Assembly (NCBI GenBank): GCA_963705505.1
Contig: CAVPJU010000003.1
Span: 192,001-256,000 of the forward strand
Direction of reading: 5' to 3'
From: an uncultured bacterium
GTDB lineage: Bacteria > Desulfobacterota_D > UBA1144 > Nemesobacterales > UBA2774
Length of the DNA stretch: 64,000 nt
The notes beneath the pieces are model-generated. The model saw only the letters and a list, made by a program, of their open reading frames with translations, was not told the DNA's origin and ran no database searches. Every line of letters begins with the position of its first letter. Positions within the stretch are counted from its first letter, which is position 1. Below are positions 1-8,114 of the stretch, one piece after another. The position numbers were made by a program, and so were the translations under genes.

Positions 1-239
1 TCATTCTGCCTCGCCCTCTTCGATTCGTCGATAAGCTCTTTTACGGCTTCGTCCGTCATCCCGAACCTCGATTTCAATATTTCGATGACCTTTTTTTGCT
101 CCGTGTCCGAAAACGTATCGTCGGCGGTAGCGGCTTCGAGCAAAATAACGCACGTAGCCGTCCTCAATCTGGCCTCACTGTCCTGCCCTCTCTTGTCTTT
201 ATCAGAGCCTTCAAAAAACCTTTTAAATATACTAAGCAT
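1..239 (-). CDS. TerB-family (tellurite resistance-like) protein, runs off window start
   Basis: Manual translation from ATG at 239: MLSIFKRFFEGSDK...RLRTATCVILLEAATADDTFSDTEQKKVIEILKSRFGMTDEAVKELI; AxAD..F...E pattern typical of TerB; GAAGGT SD upstream; not in ORF track because truncated. Confidence 0.7.
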   Translation of the reverse strand, partial: MLSIFKRFFEGSDKDKRGQDSEARLRTATCVILLEAATADDTFSDTEQKKVIEILKSRFGMTDEAVKELIDESKRARQN

Positions 240-493
240 GGTCTATACCTTCTTCGCTCCCGCAAGAATTACGAGCTCTTGAAATCAGCCCTTTAATTTA
301 ACCTAGCTGCGCCGAATTTCCACCTTTTAAAATTCGAAGTCCTCCGCCGAGCAGGGGCAATGTCCCCATTCGAGGCGCGCTGCGCCGTCAAAGAAATCGA
401 ATGCCGAAAGGAGAATACCCCCGGAGACAGATTTATCTTGCGAAGAGGTTCAAACCATGTAACATTATCGGAGCGAATTTGGAGCAAGAAGAT

Positions 494-967
494 ATGCCGT
501 TTCCAGAATCCCTTAAAGAAAGAATCAATGCTATCGTCTCCGGGGCCGAAACAAAACAATCCGCGCTCATACCGGTACTCAGGGAAGTTCAGAACGAATT
601 CGGATACCTCTCGAACGAATCGATGGAAGAGGCGGCGGAGATACTGGGGATCCCCCCTTCCAGCGTCCAGAACGTGGCCACGTTCTATACGATGTTCTTC
701 AGAAAACCCGTGGGAGAGCATGTGATCTGGCTATGCCGCACACTCTCGTGCGCTCTCAGGGGAGCGGAGCATGTCGAGCATTATATGTGCGATCGTCTCG
801 GGGTAAAGACCGGGGAGACGACGCCCGACGGAAAAATCACTTTAATGGAGGCCGAATGTCTCGCTTCATGCGGCACGGCGCCGGTGATGCTGATCGATGA
901 GAAACTCGAAGAGAACCTGACCAAGGAGAAAGTTGACAGGCTGATAGAGGAGCTGAGAAAAGGCTGA
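494..967 (+). CDS. nuoE: NADH-quinone oxidoreductase subunit E (thioredoxin-like 2Fe-2S)
   Basis: VATFYTMF, CRTLSC...ECLASCGTAP four-Cys motif; start moved to ATG 494 behind GGAG. Confidence 0.85.
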   Translation: MPFPESLKERINAIVSGAETKQSALIPVLREVQNEFGYLSNESMEEAAEILGIPPSSVQNVATFYTMFFRKPVGEHVIWLCRTLSCALRGAEHVEHYMCDRLGVKTGETTPDGKITLMEAECLASCGTAPVMLIDEKLEENLTKEKVDRLIEELRKG

Positions 968-1021
968 ATTCGATTAAGAGGCGCCGGATCAGGAAAATCT
1001 GCATTCCCGGAATTAAATAAT

Positions 1022-2356
1022 ATGGATTTCAAGAAAGCGCGGGAAAATGCCCTTAAGATATTCCGGGAAGCGGTAGACGCCGCCAACCCCAAAAAATGCG
1101 TGCTCGACCACATGAGCCGGAAAGGCGATGTCCTTACCGTCGACGGCAGGAAATATAACCTTAAAGATTTCGGAGCTGTTTACGCCGTAGCATTCGGAAA
1201 AGCCGCAACGTCGATGGCCGACGCCGTCGAGGAAGTTCTGGGGGAAAGGCTCACGGGGGGTATCGTCGTATCCAACTCCCGGCCGCAGAACCCCTACAAA
1301 AGGCTCGGGTTCTATCTGTCGAGCCATCCCGTACCGGATGACAGGAGCCTTACCGCCGCCAAAGAAGTCGTCTCCATACTGGAGAAGGCGGGGGAAAAGG
1401 ACCTTGTGATATTCCTCATATCCGGCGGCGGAAGCGCCCTACTGGCATTGCCTTCGCCCGGGATATCGCTCGATGACAAGAGAAAGGCTACGGAAACGCT
1501 TCTACGGTCGGGTGTGGACAAATACGGGCTCAACGCCGTAAGAAAGCACATCTCCCAGATAAAAGGAGGGGGACTGCTGAAAAAAGCGCTTCCGGCAAGG
1601 GTTATCACACTCATTCTCTCAAATGTCGTGAGCGATAAGCTCGACGCTATCGCATCGGGCCCGACTGTGCCCGACCCCACCACGTTCGAGGATGCCTGGC
1701 GCGTGATAGAGGCCCTCGACCTGGAGCATAAACTCCCCCCTCAGGTCGTGGTTCATCTCGAGGAGGGGAGGAGCGGGAACTCTCCCGAAACACTCAAGGA
1801 AGGCGAATACGACCCGAAAAACGTTCAGACCCTGATCGTCGGGAACAACTTCAAATCCCTCATAGCAGCCGAGAAAAAGGCGGAGGAGCTCGGATACAAC
1901 ACGCTCATGCTCTCCTCACAGATAAGCGGCGAGGCGAGGGAAGTCGCAAAAGTGGTATCCGCGATAGCGTTCGATGTGGAGAGATTCGATATACCGGTGA
2001 AAAAACCGTCCTGCATAATCTTCGGAGGGGAGACCACGGTCACGCTCCAGAGCACCCTCGGGGCAGGGAAAGGGGGAAGGAGCACGGAAACCGCGCTTTC
2101 TTTCTGCATGGAGATCATCGGACACGACATCGTGGGCCTCTTCTGCGATACGGACGGCATAGACGGGCCTATCGACGCTGCCGGAGCGGTCTGCGACGGC
2201 CAGAGCAGGCTTCAGGCAAGGACCATAAACGTGAGCGCGAGGGAGCATCTGGCACAGAACAACTCCTACGATTTCTTCGACAAGCTGGGCGACCTCATCA
2301 TAACAGGACCAACCGGCACGAACGTAATGGACATAGGTATCGTCCTCATCGAATAG
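1022..2356 (+). CDS. Glycerate 2-kinase (MOFRL family)
   Basis: GKAA, HPVPD, LISGGGSAL, IKGGGL, GGETTV, TDGIDG, TGPTGTNVMD motifs. Confidence 0.9.
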   Translation: MDFKKARENALKIFREAVDAANPKKCVLDHMSRKGDVLTVDGRKYNLKDFGAVYAVAFGKAATSMADAVEEVLGERLTGGIVVSNSRPQNPYKRLGFYLSSHPVPDDRSLTAAKEVVSILEKAGEKDLVIFLISGGGSALLALPSPGISLDDKRKATETLLRSGVDKYGLNAVRKHISQIKGGGLLKKALPARVITLILSNVVSDKLDAIASGPTVPDPTTFEDAWRVIEALDLEHKLPPQVVVHLEEGRSGNSPETLKEGEYDPKNVQTLIVGNNFKSLIAAEKKAEELGYNTLMLSSQISGEAREVAKVVSAIAFDVERFDIPVKKPSCIIFGGETTVTLQSTLGAGKGGRSTETALSFCMEIIGHDIVGLFCDTDGIDGPIDAAGAVCDGQSRLQARTINVSAREHLAQNNSYDFFDKLGDLIITGPTGTNVMDIGIVLIE

Positions 2357-2379
2357 CCTGTCCCGATACAGGTGAATTA

Positions 2380-3099
2380 TTGAAATACGCGATAATCTCT
2401 GACATCCACGCAAACCTCGAGGCTTTCCTCTCGGTCCTCACCGCAATAGACGCCGCTGATACGGACAGGATTATTTGTTTGGGCGATATAGTAGGGTACG
2501 GGGCGGACCCGAACGAGTGCGTCGAGATTATAAGGACCCGCGGCATCACTTCACTGATAGGCAACCACGATGCGGCCGCATGCGGGCTTTACGAGCCTTT
2601 CGATTTTAACCCGGCCGCAAGCGAAGCCGTTTTGTGGACGAGGGAAAAACTGACTCGGGAGAACCGGGAATTCCTCACGGGCCTGCCGGAGAAGGAGATT
2701 ATAGACGGTTTTATGATAGTCCACGGCGCGGTCTCGGACCCTGATAAATACATACTGTCCTCCTACGACGCGGCCCCCGAATTCGAACTCCTCGAAAATA
2801 AGCGCCTTTGCTTTTTCGGCCACACTCATCTAAGCGTATCCTATTCCCTCGATAGAGGCCGGATAACCGAATCGAGAGCGGAGGGGTTTCAATTGCGCGA
2901 GGGCGCGAAGTACCTCGTTAACCCGGGCAGCGTCGGGCAGCCGCGCGACAGGGACCCGAGGGCGTCTTTCCTGATATACGACGATCGAGGGAAGGCCGAG
3001 TTCAGGAGAGTAGAGTACTTCATAGAAGGCGCGCAAAAAAAGATATTGAAGAGCGGGCTCAATAAATTCCTCGCCGAGAGACTGTCTTTCGGATATTAA
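2380..3099 (+). CDS. Calcineurin-like metallophosphoesterase
   Basis: SDIHAN, LGDIVGYG, GNHD, HG, GHTH, NPGSVGQPRD. Confidence 0.9.
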   Translation: MKYAIISDIHANLEAFLSVLTAIDAADTDRIICLGDIVGYGADPNECVEIIRTRGITSLIGNHDAAACGLYEPFDFNPAASEAVLWTREKLTRENREFLTGLPEKEIIDGFMIVHGAVSDPDKYILSSYDAAPEFELLENKRLCFFGHTHLSVSYSLDRGRITESRAEGFQLREGAKYLVNPGSVGQPRDRDPRASFLIYDDRGKAEFRRVEYFIEGAQKKILKSGLNKFLAERLSFGY

Positions 3100-3184
3100 A
3101 ATTAATCCGTAAGCCGCCCTTATGATTTCTTTTTGAACCCTCCGTGTTGAAAACACCGGAACAAGTGATTTAATATAGATAGTC

Positions 3185-4543
3185 ATGGAGATGCTCACCC
3201 GTACACTTCCGCAGAATTTAGAAGCGGAGCAGGCAGTGCTTGGCGCCATTCTCATAGAAAGCTCGGTCATAAATCAGGTCATGGAAATACTGATAGCCGA
3301 AGACTTCTACAAAGAGGCGCACAGGAAGATTTATAACGCGATGATCGATCTCGACCGGGATAACAAGCCCATAGACCTGCTTACGCTCTTCGATTACCTC
3401 AAGGGAAGCGGGAACCTGCTTGAGGAGGTAGGCGAGAGCAGCTACCTCACGTACCTCACCGAAATAGTGCCCGCGACTGAGAACGTCAGCTATTACGCGA
3501 AACTGGTCAAGGAAAAATCGATAATAAGAAACCTCGTGATGGCCGCGAGCGACATCGCTCACAGGGGTAATGAAGGGGTGTCGGATATCGACGAGTTCAT
3601 AGACAGGGCCGAGCACGCGATCCTCGACATAGCGCAGAATAAAATCAAGCCCAGCTTTTACGACTCGAGGGACCTCGCCGCCAAAGCCCTCGATATCATC
3701 GAGACGCTCCACGCAAGGAAGGAGCTTGTGACCGGAATACCGACGGGGTTTGAAAAGCTCGACTACATGACCTCGGGGCTCCAGCAGGCAGACCTCGTCA
3801 TTGTAGCCGCAAGACCGGGTCTGGGGAAGACCTCCCTCTGCCTGAACATTGCCGCACACGCGGCGATCGATTGCAACATGGCGGTAGGCATATTCTCCCT
3901 CGAAATGACTAAAGAGCAGCTCATGCTCAGGATGCTTTCGATGAAAGCCCTCGTCAGCTATTCGAATATAAGGAGCGGCTACATCAAGGACGAAGACCTC
4001 GAAAAGCTCGTAAGGGCGGCAGAGGAATACAGCCGGGCCAAAGTTTATATAGACGATACGCCCGCTATAAGCGTGCTCGAGATACGCGCCAAAGCCAGGA
4101 GGCAGAAGAGGGAAAAGGGTCTCGACTTAATCATCGTCGACTACCTCCAGCTCATGCGCGGTACGAGGAGGACCGAGACGAGGGAGCGTGAGATAGCCGA
4201 GATATCGGGCTCTCTCAAGGCACTCGCAAAAGAGCTGAGCTTGCCTGTAATAGCGGTATCCCAGCTTAGCAGACAGACGGAGGCGAGATCCGACAGGCGG
4301 CCCCAGCTAGCCGACCTCAGGGAGAGCGGCGCGATAGAGCAGGACGCCGACCTCGTGCTGTTCATACACAGGGCTGACGCCTACAGGAAAACCCCCGAGG
4401 AGAAGGACGGGATCGCGGAGCTGATTATAGGCAAGCAGAGAAACGGTCCCACGGGAACAGTAAAGCTCACGTTCCTCGACAGCTCGAGGGGCGTCCCCAC
4501 ATTTAAAGACCTTTCAGACGAATATGTAGACGATTTCGAATGA
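3185..4543 (+). CDS. dnaB: Replicative DNA helicase
   Basis: PQNLEAEQAVLG, AARPGLGKT, VDYLQLM, LRESGAIEQDAD, KQRNGPTG. Confidence 0.97.
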   Translation: MEMLTRTLPQNLEAEQAVLGAILIESSVINQVMEILIAEDFYKEAHRKIYNAMIDLDRDNKPIDLLTLFDYLKGSGNLLEEVGESSYLTYLTEIVPATENVSYYAKLVKEKSIIRNLVMAASDIAHRGNEGVSDIDEFIDRAEHAILDIAQNKIKPSFYDSRDLAAKALDIIETLHARKELVTGIPTGFEKLDYMTSGLQQADLVIVAARPGLGKTSLCLNIAAHAAIDCNMAVGIFSLEMTKEQLMLRMLSMKALVSYSNIRSGYIKDEDLEKLVRAAEEYSRAKVYIDDTPAISVLEIRAKARRQKREKGLDLIIVDYLQLMRGTRRTETREREIAEISGSLKALAKELSLPVIAVSQLSRQTEARSDRRPQLADLRESGAIEQDADLVLFIHRADAYRKTPEEKDGIAELIIGKQRNGPTGTVKLTFLDSSRGVPTFKDLSDEYVDDFE

Positions 4544-4603
4544 TTGATAATAGGGATACCGCGGGATAAAAAGAGACTCGCGGGAACCTTTCTGATGAAT
4601 CCC

Positions 4604-5242
4604 TCAGACCATCATCGGGATTACCACGGCCTTGGATTTTACTTCCTTATGAAACAGCTCCTCGTCTTCCTGCCATGCGCGGAACCTGTCGAATATCTCT
4701 TTGAGCCTGTCACTGACGGAGGTCCAGTAGAAGTCCCAGGCGTAGTCCTTCTTCCTGCCCCTGAAAAACATGTTGAAGAATATCTCCCTCTCGACCGGCA
4801 AACCCTTCTCGGCGACCCATCCGGTGCGGACGCTGCCGTACCCAGCCCCGAACCCCATGGCAAAAGTGCCGTGAAGTCCCAGCCTCTCCGAAGCCTTCGT
4901 CGCGAGCTCGATGAATACATAGAGCGCCTCGGACGTAGAGTATCCGCGCTCTTCCAATTTTTCTTCCATGGTAAGCAGGTTGTCTATAAAGTACATCGGA
5001 TAAAACGTCGGGGCGTAAACGGAAACCGACTTGGTGGGACTTACGAGAGGCGCCCTGATTATGACGTCCTCTTTAATTACCCCGATCATGAAGTCCTTCT
5101 TGTCGAACCCCCCTATATCCCCGCATCCTCCGAGCGATTGCCTGACCTTTTCCCATTCCCTCTCCGCGATCACGAGCGCCCTCTCGAGCCTCTTCTCGCC
5201 TTCTTCGTATTCCCTGTCTTTCAGCAGCTCTTCCAAATCCAT
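4604..5242 (-). CDS. Hypothetical protein (~212 aa)
   Basis: C-terminal, protein-like part of ORF 4604..6076; ATG at 5242 (MDLEELLKD) preceded by GAGAGG; the upstream extension is antisense to the epimerase. Confidence 0.7.
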   Translation of the reverse strand: MDLEELLKDREYEEGEKRLERALVIAEREWEKVRQSLGGCGDIGGFDKKDFMIGVIKEDVIIRAPLVSPTKSVSVYAPTFYPMYFIDNLLTMEEKLEERGYSTSEALYVFIELATKASERLGLHGTFAMGFGAGYGSVRTGWVAEKGLPVEREIFFNMFFRGRKKDYAWDFYWTSVSDRLKEIFDRFRAWQEDEELFHKEVKSKAVVIPMMV

Positions 5243-5440
5243 ATTGTCCTCTCTTATGCCCATGCTCACACGAACAGCCCGGTCGTAAAAATATACCCCG
5301 ATTAAAACGGTTCTCAATGTTTTGATACCCGAATTATAGATATCCGCCTCAAAAGACCGTATCGGAGCGCGTAAGTCCATTGTTTTTAGGCGGCGTGTGT
5401 TGTAATATGAGTTTCTCTGATGGCGCAAGGAGGCTCTCAA

Positions 5441-6424
5441 ATGGCTACACTGGTTACAGGGGCTACGGGTTTCTTGGGCTCCCACATCGCAAGGAAGCTC
5501 GCCGAGAGGGGAGACAAGGTAAGGATACTCCTCAGAAAAACCAGCAACACTATAAATATAGACAACATAAACGCCGAGAGGGTTTACGGCGATGTAACCG
5601 ATATAGACTCCATCAGGAAAGCCCTCGAGGGCTGCGACACACTCTACCATACGGCGGGGGTCGTATCGTTCAAGCAGGCCGATTATAAAAAGATGGATGA
5701 TATAAACGTAAAAGGCACCAATAACGTATTTACGGCCGCGATGGAAGCCGGTGTGAAAAAAGCCGTATATACGAGCAGCGTGGCGGCGATCGGGCTTAAA
5801 CCGGGGAGGGAGCCGGCTGACGAAGAGACACCGTTTGACCCCGCAAGCACGGATATCCGGTACATAAAATCCAAATACTACGCCGAGCAGGAAGCTCTTA
5901 AATTTTTCGAGAAGGGCCTTCCGCTGGTGATCGTTAACCCGTCGATCGTGATAGGGGCGGGAGATGTTTACGTCTCGACCTCGGGGATAATTCTCTGGTA
6001 CTGCAAGAGGAGGCTCCCCGGCTACACGGACGGAGGCATAAACCTTGTGGACGCCGAGGACGTGGCCCGGGGACACCTGTTGGCGGCCGAGAAAGGGAGA
6101 CTGGGGGAGCGCTACATACTGAGCAACCGGAATATAACCATAAAAGAGCTGTTCGAAGTGCTCGAGAAGGTCACGGGGATTCCGAGGCCTAAAATGAAGA
6201 TACCCTACACTCTCGCTTACATAGGCGCGTTTATCGCTGAGCGCATATTCGGCATATCCGCGCCCAACTATGTGGCAATGGACATAGACTCAATAAAGGG
6301 GTCAAAGCACTACTGGTATTTCGATAATTCAAAGGCGGTCAGGGAACTCGGCTTCTCTCCGAGGCCGCTTGAAGAAACGATAGAAAGCACAGTAAAGTGG
6401 TTCAAGGAAAACGGCTACCTCTGA
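5441..6424 (+). CDS. NAD(P)-dependent epimerase/dehydratase, extended SDR (HpnA/dihydroflavonol-reductase-like)
   Basis: LVTGATGFLG, HTAG, YTSS, YxxSK catalytic motif; AAGGAGG SD before ATG 5441. Confidence 0.9.
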   Translation: MATLVTGATGFLGSHIARKLAERGDKVRILLRKTSNTINIDNINAERVYGDVTDIDSIRKALEGCDTLYHTAGVVSFKQADYKKMDDINVKGTNNVFTAAMEAGVKKAVYTSSVAAIGLKPGREPADEETPFDPASTDIRYIKSKYYAEQEALKFFEKGLPLVIVNPSIVIGAGDVYVSTSGIILWYCKRRLPGYTDGGINLVDAEDVARGHLLAAEKGRLGERYILSNRNITIKELFEVLEKVTGIPRPKMKIPYTLAYIGAFIAERIFGISAPNYVAMDIDSIKGSKHYWYFDNSKAVRELGFSPRPLEETIESTVKWFKENGYL

Positions 6425-6479
6425 TTTTGGACGCACGCCTTTATTTGAAACGACTTTCCCGTTAATATAGAATCTTCCT

Positions 6480-7550
6480 ATGCCCGGAAACTCATTCGGA
6501 AATCTCTTTCGTATAACGACCTGGGGGGAATCCCACGGCCTGGCTCTCGGCGTCGTCATAGACGGGTGCCCCGCGGGGCTCGATATATCGCGTGACGATA
6601 TACAGTCGGAGCTCGACCGCAGGCGTCCCGGACAGAGCAAGATAACCACGCAGAGGAAAGAGTCGGACAGCGTCGAGATCCTATCGGGAATATTCGAGGG
6701 GAAGACTCTGGGGACTCCCATATCGCTCGTTGTCAGGAACGAGGACGTAATATCCAAATCGTACGAGGACATAAAAGACACGTACCGTCCGGGGCACGCC
6801 GATTACACCTACGACGCAAAATTCGGCATAAGGGATTACAGGGGCGGAGGCAGGTCCTCCGCAAGGGAAACCGTCGGAAGGGTGGCTGCGGGAGCGATCG
6901 CAAAGAAGATTCTGAATATGCAGGGCATTAAAACATACGGGTTTGTGAGACAGGTAGGGAAGATCGTCGCCCGGAAAATAGACCTCGACGAGATAGAGAA
7001 GAACATCGTAAGATGCCCCGACGCCGAGAAGGCGATTGAGATGATAGAGCTCATAGAAAAGGTGAGGCGTGAAGGAGATTCGGTAGGAGGCACGGTCGAA
7101 GTCGTATCGAAGGGTCTTCCGCCGGGACTCGGAAGCCCCGTATTCAATAAGCTCGACGCGGACCTCGCTTCGGCGCTCATGAGCCTGGGGGGCATCAGGG
7201 GGTTCGAGGTAGGCATGGGTTTCGAAGCGTCTAAAAGGAAAGGGTCTCAGGTCAATGACGTAATGTATAAGGACAAATCCGGAAAGCTCAGATACAAAAC
7301 CAATAACGCGGGCGGCCTCTTGGGCGGGATCACGAACGGCGAGGACCTCGTCGTGAGGATAGCCATCAAGCCGACGTCTTCGATCTCCAAGACTCAGCAC
7401 ACGGTCGATAAATACGGGAACCCGAAAGAGCTCAAGGTCAAGGGGAGGCACGATCCGTGTCTCTGCCCGAGAGCGGTGCCCATCGCCGAAGCGATGGTCA
7501 ACCTCGTTCTCGCGGACCACCTGCTAATGTCGAGAGTCGCGCGAATTTAA
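6480..7550 (+). CDS. aroC: Chorismate synthase
   Basis: GESHG, RRRPG, RPGHAD, RSSARET, GRHDPC. Confidence 0.97.
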   Translation: MPGNSFGNLFRITTWGESHGLALGVVIDGCPAGLDISRDDIQSELDRRRPGQSKITTQRKESDSVEILSGIFEGKTLGTPISLVVRNEDVISKSYEDIKDTYRPGHADYTYDAKFGIRDYRGGGRSSARETVGRVAAGAIAKKILNMQGIKTYGFVRQVGKIVARKIDLDEIEKNIVRCPDAEKAIEMIELIEKVRREGDSVGGTVEVVSKGLPPGLGSPVFNKLDADLASALMSLGGIRGFEVGMGFEASKRKGSQVNDVMYKDKSGKLRYKTNNAGGLLGGITNGEDLVVRIAIKPTSSISKTQHTVDKYGNPKELKVKGRHDPCLCPRAVPIAEAMVNLVLADHLLMSRVARI

Positions 7551-7901
7551 ACCCGCTCGCAACAGCCCGTCAGTTAAAATATATTCATATACAACTATCC
7601 AGTCCGCTCATCCGCGTGTAACACTTCTTAATAATCGTCGATATGCCCGGCCTGAAGTAAAGTCTTCTTTTTCCACGACTTGTAATATTCGGGTAAAATA
7701 TTTGCGGGGTTATTAACTGATTTAATTAGATATAATCAGCACCGGATAACTGGTTACGGCACGTACTTAATAAAGTACGATTGAGGTGAGCAGGATTATA
7801 TCTCATTATAGTTAATTATATTTTTCAATATTCTTCCCCCGGTTTTATATAACCTATTGAAACAAAAAACAAATTGCACTAAAATTGCAAAAAGGGGTAG
7901 T

Positions 7902-8000
7902 ATCCTTCCGAAATGGCAAACTATCCGAAAGGGTAGGACGCAAAGCCTCAAGCCTAAGGACTTGCCAAGTGCTGTCTATGGCGGTTGGGTTGCCGAAGAT
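7902..8000 (+). ncRNA. c-di-GMP-I (GEMM-I) riboswitch
   Basis: GGCAAA-CTATCC-GAAA-GGGTAG-GACGCAAAGCCTCAAGCCTAAG...TATGGCGGTTGGGTTGCCGAAG: P2 with GAAA tetraloop, GACGCAAAGC junction, CCTAAG/TATGG receptor in P3, P1 CTTC(C)G/CGAAG. Confidence 0.92.
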
Positions 8001-8114
8001 GAGTTACTTGCAATAATTCTAATATTCGAGGATAATTATAAATGAGCTGTAAACGATAACCTTAGCTATATTAAAGTATATTGCTAAAATTTGCTTTCAG
8101 GGAGGGGAACGATA

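Noticed and set aside
5243..6076. N-terminal extension of ORF 4604..6076
   Set aside because: Antisense shadow of the epimerase gene; a better SD-backed start exists at 5242.
7755..7775. Sigma54 promoter (CGGCACG...) upstream of the riboswitch
   Set aside because: The -24 element fits but the -12 TTGC element is absent.
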